Positions 38,341-48,996 of a DNA stretch of 64,000 nt are shown here, piece after piece. Made by a program: the position numbers and the translations under genes. The stretch lies in contig MEOF01000052.1 in NCBI GenBank assembly GCA_001769505.1, positions 13,557 to 77,556 of the forward strand, in the 5' to 3' direction. How positions within the stretch are numbered: the stretch's first letter is position 1; each line of letters starts with the position of its first letter. The notes beneath the pieces are model-generated. The model was not told the DNA's origin. It saw only the letters and a program-made list of their open reading frames with translations, and made no database searches. Source of the stretch: Bacteroidetes bacterium GWF2_33_38 (GTDB lineage: Bacteria > Bacteroidota > Bacteroidia > Bacteroidales > GWF2-33-38).

Positions 38341-38964
38341 CTACAAATTCTTTAATAAAACTGATTCCTTTTGGGCAAGTTTGTGCTCAATAAGCATTGC
38401 TTTTTTTGAAATCTCAGATTGAATAATGCTTTTATGACTAGAAGTTAAACTTAAATAAAATACAGAGACGTCAAAACCATCGCTAAAATGAATACAAGCG
38501 TTATCCTCTTTTCGAAGAAAAAAATCTTTTGAATCAATATCTCGTTCACTTTCATACTTTTTAAATAACATTCGTTTTAGGAATTGAACATCATCATTAG
38601 CGAGCTCCGAAAACTTATGTTCACCAGCAACTAACAAACCATCAATGAAATAAAAAATAGATTTTTTCTTAATGTTATTTACTTTGTCCTTGAAAATTAA
38701 AACCGTAAGAGTAAATGTTAAATACTTTCGAGTTAGATTATATTTGGGTGTGCCTTTTAATTTGATAACATCTTGGATGGAAGTTCCAAATTCTATTTCT
38801 CCAAACGAAATTTTATTTTTAGCATTAATACAGTCTCCCTCTTTATTAAATACAGAGAAAGCATACTCAACAAAACTTTTCATGATATAGCCATCATAAT
38901 AATTTTGTCGGTAATAACCTTTTTGCTTGACTCCTGTTAAAGATGGAATTCTAATGTTTAACAC
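38341..38964 (-). CDS. hypothetical protein
   Basis: ORF only; start uncertain (internal Met MKSFVEY..). No family recognised. Confidence 0.3.
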   Translation of the reverse strand: MLNIRIPSLTGVKQKGYYRQNYYDGYIMKSFVEYAFSVFNKEGDCINAKNKISFGEIEFGTSIQDVIKLKGTPKYNLTRKYLTFTLTVLIFKDKVNNIKKKSIFYFIDGLLVAGEHKFSELANDDVQFLKRMLFKKYESERDIDSKDFFLRKEDNACIHFSDGFDVSVFYLSLTSSHKSIIQSEISKKAMLIEHKLAQKESVLLKNL

Positions 38965-39103
38965 GTAGTAAAAATTTAAGCAATTATACCTATTTACAGT
39001 TTAAAAAGTTTCATTAATAACATAAAAAATATCAACAAAAGACGAATATTTTATGATAACTTTGTTCAAAAACTAATTAAAAAAGAATTAAAATTGATTT
39101 TCT

Positions 39104-41176
39104 ATGATTAACGAGCAATTATTGAATCCCAAAAGTATAGTTGTAGTCGGAGGTTCTGACAATATTCAATCACCCGGAGGTAAGGTCTTAAAAAATTTAA
39201 TTGATGGAAAATATCAAGGAAATTTATATGTTATAAATTTAAAACAAGATAGCGTTCAAGGTGTAAAAGCATACAAAAATGCAAGTGATTTACCTCAGGT
39301 TGATTTAGCTATTATTGCCATAGCTGCTAAGTTCTGTCCCGAAACGGTTGATATTCTTGCCAAACAAAAAAATACAAGAGCGTTTATTATTCTTTCCGCT
39401 GGATTTAGCGAGGAAAATGAAGAGGGAGCCAAACTCGAAAAACAAATTGTTGACACAATAAACAGTGTAAAAGGGAGCTTAATAGGTCCTAATTGTGTGG
39501 GATTTTTAAATTCAAATTACAATGGAATATTTACAACCCCTATTCCAAAACTTGACCCAATGGGCGTTGATTTTGCATCAGGGTCGGGAGCAACGGCGGT
39601 ATTCATTATGGAAGCAAGTATGCCCAAAGGGTTGCAGTTTTCAAGCGTATATTCAGTTGGAAATAGTGCTCAAATAGGAGTTGAGGAAGTTGTGAAATTT
39701 TGGGACGAAAGTTACGATTCTTCAACAAGTTCAAACGTAAAATTATTATATATCGAAAGCATAAATAAACCTCAAATGCTTTTAAAACATGCAGCTTCTT
39801 TGATTCGAAAAGGCTGTAAGATTGCCGCCATAAAATCAGGAAGTTCTGAAGCTGGAAGTCGTGCTGCATCATCTCACACAGGGGCCTTGGCTAGTTCCGA
39901 TGTTGCTGTAAATGCCTTGTTTCGAAAAGCGGGGATTGTGCGTTGTTACGGTCGCGAAGAATTAGCTTCGGTAGCATCAATTTTTATGCACAAAGAATTA
40001 AAAGGGAAAAATATTGCTATAATAACTCATGCTGGAGGACCGGCTGTGATGTTAACCGATTCTTTGTCAAATGGTAAATTAAATATTCCACACATTTCAG
40101 GAAAAAAATCAGAAGAATTACTCTGCAAACTTTTTCCGGGTTCATCGGTTGCAAATCCAATCGATTTTTTGGCAACAGGAACAGCAGAGCAATTGGGACA
40201 TATAATTGATGCCTGCGAAAACGATTTTGATAATGTTGATGCAATGGCCGTAATTTTCGGAAGCCCCGGCTTATTCGCTGTTTACGATGTTTACGATTTA
40301 TTAGATGAAAAAATGAAATCGTGTAAAAAGCCAATTTATCCAATTCTCCCATCTATTATAAATGTAAAAGACGAAATCGAACATTTCTTAAATAAAGGGC
40401 GGATTAATTTCCCCGATGAGGTCGTTTTTGGAAATGCCCTTAGTAAAGTTTATCACACTCCAAAGCCTCAAAATGAGAAAATTGAATTGCCAATAATTGA
40501 TAAAGCAAAAACCAGAAATATTATTGACAATGCTCCAAACGGATACTTGTCGCCAAAAGATATTCAAGGATTGCTTGATGGTGCAGGAATTCCTCGTGCA
40601 GGCGAAGCGGTAGTAACAACAAAGGAACAAGCCATTGAATCGGCTCAAAAACTCGGATTACCGGTTGTGATGAAAGTGGTGGGACCCGTTCACAAATCAG
40701 ATGTTGGCGGAGTGGTGCTTAATGTAAAAGATACGGAAATTGTTGCAAAAGAATTTGACCGAATGATTAAAATAAAAGACACAACAGCCATTTTAATTCA
40801 GCCTATGCTATCGGGAGTTGAACTTTTTGTTGGAGCAAAACGCGAAGAAAAATTCGGGCATATGGTTCTATGCGGTTTAGGTGGAATATTTATCGAAGTA
40901 TTGAAAGATGTAAATGCAGGACTTGCTCCACTATCTCAAGATGAAGCCAATGATATGATTAAAAATTTAAAAGGCTATGGAATTATCAAAGGAACTCGTG
41001 GACAAGAACCTATAAATGAAGAAATCTTAAGAGATATTGTTGTACGAATTTCAGCATTGGTAACAGTTGCTCCTGAAATCTTTGAAATGGACTTGAATCC
41101 ACTCTTAGGAAAGTCTGATAAAGTAGTTGCTGTTGATGCTAGGATTAGGATTGAAAAAGACAATGTCAAATTTTAA
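39104..41176 (+). CDS. ADP-forming acetyl-CoA synthetase / acetate--CoA ligase family protein (CoA-binding + ATP-grasp)
   Basis: 690 aa. N-terminal CoA-binding segment (PKSIVVVGGSDN..), succinyl-CoA-ligase-like domains with SHTGALA, and a C-terminal ATP-grasp domain. Confidence 0.85.
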   Translation: MINEQLLNPKSIVVVGGSDNIQSPGGKVLKNLIDGKYQGNLYVINLKQDSVQGVKAYKNASDLPQVDLAIIAIAAKFCPETVDILAKQKNTRAFIILSAGFSEENEEGAKLEKQIVDTINSVKGSLIGPNCVGFLNSNYNGIFTTPIPKLDPMGVDFASGSGATAVFIMEASMPKGLQFSSVYSVGNSAQIGVEEVVKFWDESYDSSTSSNVKLLYIESINKPQMLLKHAASLIRKGCKIAAIKSGSSEAGSRAASSHTGALASSDVAVNALFRKAGIVRCYGREELASVASIFMHKELKGKNIAIITHAGGPAVMLTDSLSNGKLNIPHISGKKSEELLCKLFPGSSVANPIDFLATGTAEQLGHIIDACENDFDNVDAMAVIFGSPGLFAVYDVYDLLDEKMKSCKKPIYPILPSIINVKDEIEHFLNKGRINFPDEVVFGNALSKVYHTPKPQNEKIELPIIDKAKTRNIIDNAPNGYLSPKDIQGLLDGAGIPRAGEAVVTTKEQAIESAQKLGLPVVMKVVGPVHKSDVGGVVLNVKDTEIVAKEFDRMIKIKDTTAILIQPMLSGVELFVGAKREEKFGHMVLCGLGGIFIEVLKDVNAGLAPLSQDEANDMIKNLKGYGIIKGTRGQEPINEEILRDIVVRISALVTVAPEIFEMDLNPLLGKSDKVVAVDARIRIEKDNVKF

Positions 41177-41198
41177 ACCCCACTTTAATCTTATTCAG

Positions 41199-41248
41199 AA
41201 TTAATTAAGCGTGTTGTGAAATTATACAACACGCTTAATTAATTTTTG
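41199..41248. terminator. bidirectional rho-independent terminator between convergent genes
   Basis: Perfect 19-bp stem aattaattaagcgtgttgt / acaacacgcttaattaatt with an 8-nt loop, followed by a T-run. Confidence 0.8.
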
Positions 41249-41251
41249 GAT

Positions 41252-43297
41252 TTATTTGATTAATTCAACACTTCGTTTTACGAATTTAGTTAATTCTTCG
41301 CCTTTAAGCATATTATTCGATAATAAAGCTAAATCGATTAGTTGTTTTACCAATTTGTTTTCTTTACCATAATTGTTTAGCAGCTCTTTTTTGTTTGCGT
41401 TAATTTCTGTTGTTTTCTTTTCTATTTCGGCAATACGGTCTTTATCTGCTACTGAAATTTCCTCGTCTTTTTTATCTTTATTTCCAGAATTTATTTTTTC
41501 TTTTTCAGCAATAAGCGGATTTAATTCTTCGATATAAACTTTTAATTTAGAATCTAGTTTATCTTCCTTTTGTTTTAAAATTTTGTTTACAACTGGATGA
41601 TTTGAATTTATAACTAGATTGTATGTATCGGGCAATTGACCATATATATTCATCTGTGGATTTAATGACGACATTTCTTTCATTCGTCGCATATATTCTG
41701 ATTGAGTAATAATTACCGGAGCATCGCTTTCTTTGAGCCCTTCGAATGCAACTAAAAAGTTAGAATCGATTGGCAACTGACCGAAAAACACATGACGAAC
41801 ATCGTCTTCTTGTTCTTTGGTGAACGAAGACTTCAACTCTTCTTCTTTTTCGATAAGTTTTTCTACAATATCGGCATCAACTCTTTTAAAATTAATTTTT
41901 TCTAATTTTTGCTCAATGTGATTGATAAAATGAACATCTAATTGCCCATCAAAAATTAAGACATCGTATCCTTTCGATTTAGCCGCTTCGATAAAACTGT
42001 ATTGTTTATCAAGATTTGTTGTATAAAGACAAACTACGTTTCCATATTTATCGGTCTGGCTATCTTTTACAATATTTTTATATTCTTCGATGGTAAAATA
42101 TTTTTTTTCAGTGCTTTTGAAAAGCGAGAAATCTTTTGCCTTTTCGTAAAATTTTTCATCAGACATCATTCCGTAATGAATGAAAAGTTTTAGATCGTCC
42201 CACTTAGCTTCAAATTGAGTACGCTCGTTTTTAAAAATATCTGACAATCTGTCTGCTACTTTCTTTGTTATGTGCGATGAAATTTTCTTAACATTCGAAT
42301 CGCTTTGCAAATAACTTCTCGAAACATTTAATGGAATATCGGGCGAGTCAAGTACACCGTGTAAAAGAGTCATAAACTCTGGCACAATTCCCTCAACCGA
42401 GTCGGTAACAAACACTTGATTAGAGTATAGTTGAATTTTATTTTTTTGAATTTCGAGATTTGTATTGATTTTAGGAAAATAAAGTATTCCTGTTAAATTA
42501 AACGGATAATCAACATTCAAATGAATATGAAATAAAGGGTCTTCTGAATAAGGATAAAGCTCTTTGTAAAAATTGTTATAATCTTCGTCTTTTAAATCAG
42601 CTGGCTTTTTAGTCCAAGCAGGAGAAGTGTTATTTATAAATTTATCCTTTCCGGTTTCTATCATTTTACCATCTTTGTACTCTTGTTCTTTTCCAAAAGC
42701 AATCGGAATAGGTAAAAATTTGCAATATTTATTCAAAAGGTCTCCTATTCTAGCTTCTTCAGCAAATTCACTTGAGTCGTCGTCGATGAAAAGTATTATG
42801 GAAGTACCTCGTTCCTTTTTCTTTGATTCGGTCATTTGATATTCGGGCGAACCATCGCATTCCCACTTAACCGCTTTCGCCCCTTCTTTGTACGATAAAG
42901 TTTCGATTTCGACCTTTTTAGCAACCATAAACGAGGAATAAAAACCTAGTCCGAAATGGCCAATAATTGCATGTTGATTTTTGTATTTCTCAAGAAATTC
43001 TTCGGCACTCGAAAAAGCTATTTGATTAATATATTTATTTACCTCTTCTGCCGTCATTCCAATTCCATTGTCAGCAATAGTCAAAGTTTTTTTCTTTGCA
43101 TCAACCGATACAGTAACTTTTAATTCTCCTAGTTCTCCTTTAACTTCGCCAACCGAAGCAAGAGTTTTGATTTTTTGAATTGCATCTACCGCATTTGATA
43201 CTAATTCGCGAAGAAAAATTTCGTGATCTGAGTATAAAAATTTCTTAATAATTGGGAAAATGTTTTCGGTTGTAACTCCAATATTACCTTTTTGCAT
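41252..43297 (-). CDS. htpG: molecular chaperone HtpG (Hsp90)
   Basis: 681 aa with a GHKL ATPase N-terminus (FLRELVSNAVDA..DNGIGMT..IGHFGLGFYS). Confidence 0.95.
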   Translation of the reverse strand: MQKGNIGVTTENIFPIIKKFLYSDHEIFLRELVSNAVDAIQKIKTLASVGEVKGELGELKVTVSVDAKKKTLTIADNGIGMTAEEVNKYINQIAFSSAEEFLEKYKNQHAIIGHFGLGFYSSFMVAKKVEIETLSYKEGAKAVKWECDGSPEYQMTESKKKERGTSIILFIDDDSSEFAEEARIGDLLNKYCKFLPIPIAFGKEQEYKDGKMIETGKDKFINNTSPAWTKKPADLKDEDYNNFYKELYPYSEDPLFHIHLNVDYPFNLTGILYFPKINTNLEIQKNKIQLYSNQVFVTDSVEGIVPEFMTLLHGVLDSPDIPLNVSRSYLQSDSNVKKISSHITKKVADRLSDIFKNERTQFEAKWDDLKLFIHYGMMSDEKFYEKAKDFSLFKSTEKKYFTIEEYKNIVKDSQTDKYGNVVCLYTTNLDKQYSFIEAAKSKGYDVLIFDGQLDVHFINHIEQKLEKINFKRVDADIVEKLIEKEEELKSSFTKEQEDDVRHVFFGQLPIDSNFLVAFEGLKESDAPVIITQSEYMRRMKEMSSLNPQMNIYGQLPDTYNLVINSNHPVVNKILKQKEDKLDSKLKVYIEELNPLIAEKEKINSGNKDKKDEEISVADKDRIAEIEKKTTEINANKKELLNNYGKENKLVKQLIDLALLSNNMLKGEELTKFVKRSVELIK

Positions 43298-43394
43298 ATC
43301 TAAACAATTTTTGATTTAACAATAAATATTTGCCTGGCGATTGTCAAAGCAAATGCCAGAGATGAAGAATAAGGAAAAAACGACAAAATGTCGG

Positions 43395-43922
43395 TTAAAA
43401 AATATTTGGAAAGAAAAAGTACACTACAATTCCAGCAACTATAATTACCGAAATCAAAGCAAAAAATACTTTTGTAACGAGTATCGATTCTTTCTTTTTA
43501 CGTTGTACTTTTTTCTCACTAACAAGCCACTTTACGTTATTCAACACACGAGCAAATGAACTTTCAGTTTTTTCGATAAATGTAAATGCTCCGTGATGCA
43601 TCGATGATATTGCAGTATCAACATCTCCATGCCCCGAAAGCATAATTACTTCCATATCCGGATTTATGTCTTTTATGATTCGTAAAATTTCAACGCCGTC
43701 TTTGCTATTATTATCGGTACTCAGTAAAAAATCGAGAACGACTATGTGAAATTGTCGTTTCGATGGTGGATTTTTCAACATAAACTCCAAGAACTCTTCT
43801 CCCGATTTATATGTTTTAACAAAATAATCGGTTGCTGTGTATAGTTTATTTGTAAGAATTTTTAAATGAAGTTCATCATCATCAACAATATACACATTTA
43901 CTATGTCTTTTTTTTGGAGCAT
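43395..43922 (-). CDS. orphan response-regulator receiver domain protein with C-terminal TM helix
   Basis: Receiver fold (VYIVDDDE.., ..VVLDFLL.. phospho-acceptor Asp context) plus a hydrophobic C-terminal helix. No output domain. Confidence 0.6.
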   Translation of the reverse strand: MLQKKDIVNVYIVDDDELHLKILTNKLYTATDYFVKTYKSGEEFLEFMLKNPPSKRQFHIVVLDFLLSTDNNSKDGVEILRIIKDINPDMEVIMLSGHGDVDTAISSMHHGAFTFIEKTESSFARVLNNVKWLVSEKKVQRKKKESILVTKVFFALISVIIVAGIVVYFFFPNIF

Positions 43923-44011
43923 ATTTTATAAGTTAAATTTAAAAAGGCATATGAATAAAAGGGTAAAATTTCAATTTATAACCATATTTCCATTATACCA
44001 CATTTCCATTT

Positions 44012-46081
44012 TTAATTGTAAGTTGGCAATATACTATATTTTTCAGAATACTCTAACATCTGTTTTGCATAATTGTCTGGATATTCGACTTTAACATCAA
44101 CCATTTTATCTCCCTCAAAAACAGGAACCAACTTCGGATTTACAAATCCGCCGTAAGGAGCAACTTTTAGTTTTTCGAAACGAGCAAGAACCTCAGCATG
44201 TAATTCGGCATCCACCTGCACAGCATACGTTTCGATAAGATTTTTACCAGCTTCGTAGTCGCCTTCCGACTTAATTCGTTGAATTTCTTTTAATAATTGC
44301 CCGAACAATTCGCGAAGTTTTACATGGTCGTTAATCACGAAATATGTTTTATTGTCTTTTGTTTCTTTTGTGATTATTTTCTCTGATTGTCCTTTTTCAA
44401 AACACCATTTTGCAATCAACTGACGATTTCTCATATGTGCTTGCTCAATTGTTTTTCCAGGTTTAATTCTAGTTAATTGAGTCATTAATCCGTTTCTGAT
44501 GTATGAATTATATTCTGCTTTCGCAATATCCAACGATTTGAAAAGTCCTGTTTCAACCATTTTATCATCCATCATATAATATAGTGCAAATAAATCGGCA
44601 CGAGCTTCTTCGAGCGGAGATTGATAATTTTTTAATGCTTCGCTGCTAACTCCTGGCAATAATTGTCCCGAGCCATGTCCTAAACATTCGTGCATATCGG
44701 TATGAATATTCCCTGCTTGAGGTCCGAAATTTTTTGCCAACGCTATTTCTTCTTCTGAAAATGCAAATTCTTCTAGGAATCCATTTCCCAAAGAAGCTTT
44801 ATCGTATGCATAGGTAATATTTTCCATTGTAACCGACTTTGAACCATGGTATTTACGAATCCAATCAGCGTTTGGAAGGTTAATTCCTATTGGGGTTGAT
44901 GGATAACAATCTCCACCAAGTGCAGCAACAGTAATAACTTTAGCAGAAACACCTTTCACTTCTTTCTTTTTAAATTTATTGTCGATTGGTGAATGATCTT
45001 CAAACCACTGTGCGTTATCGCTAATTATTTTTGTTCGTTTAGTTGCCTCGATATTTTTAAAGTTTACGACCGATTCCCAAGTAGATTTTCGGCTCATTGG
45101 GTCGCCATAATTTTCGATAAATCCGTTTACATAATCAACGCTTGACTCTAAATCGGAAACCCAAAGTACATTATAGTCGTCCCAAGCTTGCAAATCTCCG
45201 GTTTTATAATATTCGATTAGCTTATTTATGTGTGCTTTTTGATTTTCGTTTTCAGCAACAACTGCGGCTTTCTCCAAATAATAAACTATTTTCTCGATAG
45301 CTTTTCCATACATTCCTGATATTTTCCAAATTTGTTCTTTCAAAACTCCGTTTTCTTTCACAACTTTTGTATTTATTCCTATAGTCCAAGGTTTTTCTTC
45401 GTTTGGACTTTTCTTTGTTGCATAATACGCTTCAACTTCTTTTTGTGTAACTCCTTCGTAAAAATTATTAGCTGAAGTCGTAACTAAATCTTTTTTAGAA
45501 TCTTGCGATACTCGCTTTGATGCAATATTTGTATCGTATAGAATTGGGGTAATTTTAATGATTAAATCATCAATATTTTTGCCCTCATCTAAAGGGAATT
45601 TAGCATTTGGGGAATTTTTAATTAATTCGACTAAATATTCTTTCGAGAAATCGGGAATAATTTTATCAGTCGAGTAATGATGGTGTATTCCATTTGAAAA
45701 CCAAACGATTTTCAAATAATCTTCAAAATGCCTGAAGTTCTCAGAATTTTTATCTCCATTATAATTTTTGTAAATTTCTTCGAGGGTTCTTCGCACAAAC
45801 AAATTGTGTTTATAATTTTGATCAAAAGTAATATCACGTCCCCAATACGCTGCTTCGCTTAAATAGTAAATCAACTCCTTTTGTTTAATTGAAAGTAATT
45901 CGAATTCAGGTATTTGATACCGCATAATTTTAATGTCGGCAAATTGTTCAATCAAATATTTGAAATCATCGGCAACAACAGTTGAGTCTTTAATTTCTAC
46001 ATTTTGGTTGCTTTCAGAATTATTACATGCAATGTATCCCATTGTGGTTAAGATTAAAAAGTAAATGGTTATATTTTTCAT
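44012..46081 (-). CDS. dipeptidyl-peptidase III-like M49 zinc peptidase (lipoprotein)
   Basis: HECLGH (HExxGH) and EEARAD second zinc motif; lipobox-like YIACNN. Confidence 0.75.
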   Translation of the reverse strand: MKNITIYFLILTTMGYIACNNSESNQNVEIKDSTVVADDFKYLIEQFADIKIMRYQIPEFELLSIKQKELIYYLSEAAYWGRDITFDQNYKHNLFVRRTLEEIYKNYNGDKNSENFRHFEDYLKIVWFSNGIHHHYSTDKIIPDFSKEYLVELIKNSPNAKFPLDEGKNIDDLIIKITPILYDTNIASKRVSQDSKKDLVTTSANNFYEGVTQKEVEAYYATKKSPNEEKPWTIGINTKVVKENGVLKEQIWKISGMYGKAIEKIVYYLEKAAVVAENENQKAHINKLIEYYKTGDLQAWDDYNVLWVSDLESSVDYVNGFIENYGDPMSRKSTWESVVNFKNIEATKRTKIISDNAQWFEDHSPIDNKFKKKEVKGVSAKVITVAALGGDCYPSTPIGINLPNADWIRKYHGSKSVTMENITYAYDKASLGNGFLEEFAFSEEEIALAKNFGPQAGNIHTDMHECLGHGSGQLLPGVSSEALKNYQSPLEEARADLFALYYMMDDKMVETGLFKSLDIAKAEYNSYIRNGLMTQLTRIKPGKTIEQAHMRNRQLIAKWCFEKGQSEKIITKETKDNKTYFVINDHVKLRELFGQLLKEIQRIKSEGDYEAGKNLIETYAVQVDAELHAEVLARFEKLKVAPYGGFVNPKLVPVFEGDKMVDVKVEYPDNYAKQMLEYSEKYSILPTYN

Positions 46082-46112
46082 TTTATATGATTTTTAAGTA
46101 AAAGCAAATATA

Positions 46113-46964
46113 TTAATTTTTATTCTTTTCTCTTTTAGTTTTTTTATCAGGACTTCGCAAATCAATTTCTGTATATTCAATCCATTTTCCTTTTTCGTAT
46201 TTTAGTCCATCGTATGAAAAATCGGGACCGTAATATTGGAATTGATCTTTGTAAATGGGTTTTGATGGCGAAAGGTGATCGTAAACAATCATTTTATAGT
46301 TTTCGTCATAACGCAACATCATCGAAACGCGAGATGAAAATTCAAAAACAACCCGCTTTTTTCGTTCCTTATTGATTTTAAAAACCGAAGCTCCAAATTT
46401 AACTCCTTTTTTGCTTAACTTGATAACATCAAGTACTTTCTGGCTTGTAAATTCGTTTTTACCACGCCACCCCATTAAAATATAATACTTCGCTCCTCCT
46501 GCTTTACAAGCAATTGCCTTATAATACAATGCTCCATACCAATTTGCAGAAGTTAAAATTTCTTTTTCGGGTGTCGAAATATTTTTAAAATTATCGTTAA
46601 AAAATTCGTAGAAATATTCTTTCTCATAATAATATTGTATACCTCCAAAACAAACATTTGTAAAATCTGCCATCGGAATATTCCAATTAAAAATCTTAAA
46701 CAAATTGTCTGTTGAATAGGTTATTCCGAGATTTTTAAGATTTGTAAATGTGTAGTTATACGACTCTTGATTATTAAAAAAATGGACTAATACCCTTTTT
46801 ATAGAATCATTATACAAAAGTTTTTCGGTATCACTTTCCGACCATTTTATTTTTTCAAAATATTTTTGAAGCGAATCTTCCTGAAGAATAAATAATTTAT
46901 TTTCCTGAGAAAATATTTCAGATGTATTAAGCAAAATTAGGATTAAAAAAAATAATCTATACAT
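46113..46964 (-). CDS. hypothetical secreted protein
   Basis: Signal peptide. Overlaps the upstream aminotransferase gene by 8 nt, so it is probably operonic. Confidence 0.4.
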   Translation of the reverse strand: MYRLFFLILILLNTSEIFSQENKLFILQEDSLQKYFEKIKWSESDTEKLLYNDSIKRVLVHFFNNQESYNYTFTNLKNLGITYSTDNLFKIFNWNIPMADFTNVCFGGIQYYYEKEYFYEFFNDNFKNISTPEKEILTSANWYGALYYKAIACKAGGAKYYILMGWRGKNEFTSQKVLDVIKLSKKGVKFGASVFKINKERKKRVVFEFSSRVSMMLRYDENYKMIVYDHLSPSKPIYKDQFQYYGPDFSYDGLKYEKGKWIEYTEIDLRSPDKKTKREKNKN

Positions 46965-48156
46965 TTTGATTTAATGCGATATCGATCGCTTTACTAATAA
47001 TATTGCAGGCTTTAAAAATCTCATCGTCGGAAATAATCAATGGTGGTGCAATTCGTAACGAAGCATCGGAAAACAGAAACCAATCAACGATAACTCCCAT
47101 TTTAATACATTCGTGTACAATCTTCTGAACCGTTTCAAAGCTATCTAATTGAACCGCAATCATCAAACCCGAACGACGAATTTCTTTAATGCCAGAATGT
47201 GATAAATAATTGCAAAACAACTCGCTTTTACGCTCAACATCTTCAATTATCTTCTCGTCTAATAAGACGTTTAATGTTTCTAATGCAGCAGCACAAGAAA
47301 CAGGATGACCGCCAAAAGTGGTTATATGTCCGAGAATAGGATTTGATTTAAAAACACTCATTATGTCTTTCGACGAAACAAAAGCTCCAAGAGGCATTCC
47401 TCCTCCCATTCCCTTTGCCAAAACTAACACATCTGGAATAACTCCGTATTTTTCAAATGCAAACATTTTTCCAGTTCTTCCAAGCCCAGTTTGGACTTCG
47501 TCAAAAATTAACAAGGTTTGAGTTTGATTACATTTTTCTCGCAATGCATTAAGAAATCCTCTGCGAGGTTCAATAATTCCCGCTTCTGCCTGAACAGGTT
47601 CAATAATAACACAAGCTGTTTTATCGTCAATTAATTCGATATCATCAAACGAATTAAAATTCAAGTGATATACTTCCGGCAACAATGGGCGAAAAGATTG
47701 TTTCATTTTTTCATCTCCCATAATACTTAAAGCTCCATGCGTGCTTCCGTGATATGCATTTTTGAACGAAAATATTTTCGATTTTCCAGTGTAGCGTTTT
47801 GCCAATTTCATTGCTCCTTCAATGGCTTCGCTTCCCGAATTAACAAAATAAATATTATTTAAATTGTCGGGTAATACAGAAGTAAGTTTTGCAGCGTATT
47901 GAACTTGAGGCGACTGTACATACTCACCATAAACCATAAGGTGCATATATTTATCGACTTGTGTTTTGATAGCATTGATTACTCGTTTATTATTGTGCCC
48001 CAAATTGCTAACCGAAATACCTGAAATTAAATCCATATACGACTTACCCGATTTATCATATAGATAAATACCGTTAGCTTTTTCAATTTCTAGTAATAAA
48101 GGAAATTCGGAAGTTTGAGCAAGAAAATTTAGAAATAATTGTCGTTGAGAGAACAT
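46957..48156 (-). CDS. class-III (acetylornithine/ornithine-type) PLP aminotransferase
   Basis: 399 aa with FVNSGSEAIEGAMKLA, DEVQTGLGRTG and a PLP Lys context (VLAKGMGGGMPLGA). Confidence 0.85.
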   Translation of the reverse strand: MFSQRQLFLNFLAQTSEFPLLLEIEKANGIYLYDKSGKSYMDLISGISVSNLGHNNKRVINAIKTQVDKYMHLMVYGEYVQSPQVQYAAKLTSVLPDNLNNIYFVNSGSEAIEGAMKLAKRYTGKSKIFSFKNAYHGSTHGALSIMGDEKMKQSFRPLLPEVYHLNFNSFDDIELIDDKTACVIIEPVQAEAGIIEPRRGFLNALREKCNQTQTLLIFDEVQTGLGRTGKMFAFEKYGVIPDVLVLAKGMGGGMPLGAFVSSKDIMSVFKSNPILGHITTFGGHPVSCAAALETLNVLLDEKIIEDVERKSELFCNYLSHSGIKEIRRSGLMIAVQLDSFETVQKIVHECIKMGVIVDWFLFSDASLRIAPPLIISDDEIFKACNIISKAIDIALNQNV

Positions 48157-48169
48157 CTTGAAAAGTGTA

Positions 48170-48895
48170 CTATTTTACCATCAAGTTCAAGTCTTTCATC
48201 AATTTTTCTTTATACGACTTACCAATTGGGATAACTTTAGAGCCATCATTTACTTCGACAATAACCGAATTATCTTCAATTGATGTAATTCTGTTAACAT
48301 TTACGATGTACGAACGATGAACTCTTTTAAATTTCGACAAAGGAAGTTTATTTTCGATTGACTTCATTGTAAAATGTATGGTAAACTTTTCGTCATACGA
48401 ATTCACAATTACATAATTTTCTAAAGCCTCAACCCAAATAATATCGTCATATTTTAATCGAACCAATGAAGAATTTTTCTTAATAAATATTTCGTCTTTG
48501 TTTTCAGTTTCGTCCAAATTTTTGGCTTTACGACGAAGTTTATCGTTATAACGGCTTATTGCTTTGTCCACAGCTTTAAAATATCGAGCATACGACACCG
48601 GTTTCAAAATATAATCGGTTACATCGTATTCGAAAGCCTCCAAGGCATATTTTTCTTTAGAAGAAATGATAATAACCTGAGGTTGATAATTTAAACTTTT
48701 CAAAAATTCCATTCCTGACATCTCTGGCATCTCAATGTCAAGAAAAATTAAATGGACTTCTTCTTTACGTAATGCATTGATTGCATCGACTGCACTAGGA
48801 AATGAATCAATTAAGTTTAATTCTTCTGTTCTATGAACAAATTCTTCAATTAACTTTCTTGATAATTTATCATCATCTATTATTATACAATTCAT
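48170..48895 (-). CDS. LytR/AlgR-family response regulator (receiver + LytTR)
   Basis: Receiver domain (MNCIIIDDD..LIFLDIEMP) plus a LytTR domain (..FKRVHRSYIVNVNRI..). Confidence 0.88.
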   Translation of the reverse strand: MNCIIIDDDKLSRKLIEEFVHRTEELNLIDSFPSAVDAINALRKEEVHLIFLDIEMPEMSGMEFLKSLNYQPQVIIISSKEKYALEAFEYDVTDYILKPVSYARYFKAVDKAISRYNDKLRRKAKNLDETENKDEIFIKKNSSLVRLKYDDIIWVEALENYVIVNSYDEKFTIHFTMKSIENKLPLSKFKRVHRSYIVNVNRITSIEDNSVIVEVNDGSKVIPIGKSYKEKLMKDLNLMVK

Positions 48896-48996
48896 CGAAA
48901 AATTCCTTTTATTTACAATTTTAAGTCGTTTGTCAATTTTTTAACAAATGTAACCAAATTTTTTTATAAATTGAACAACAATATTTTAAAAATTTT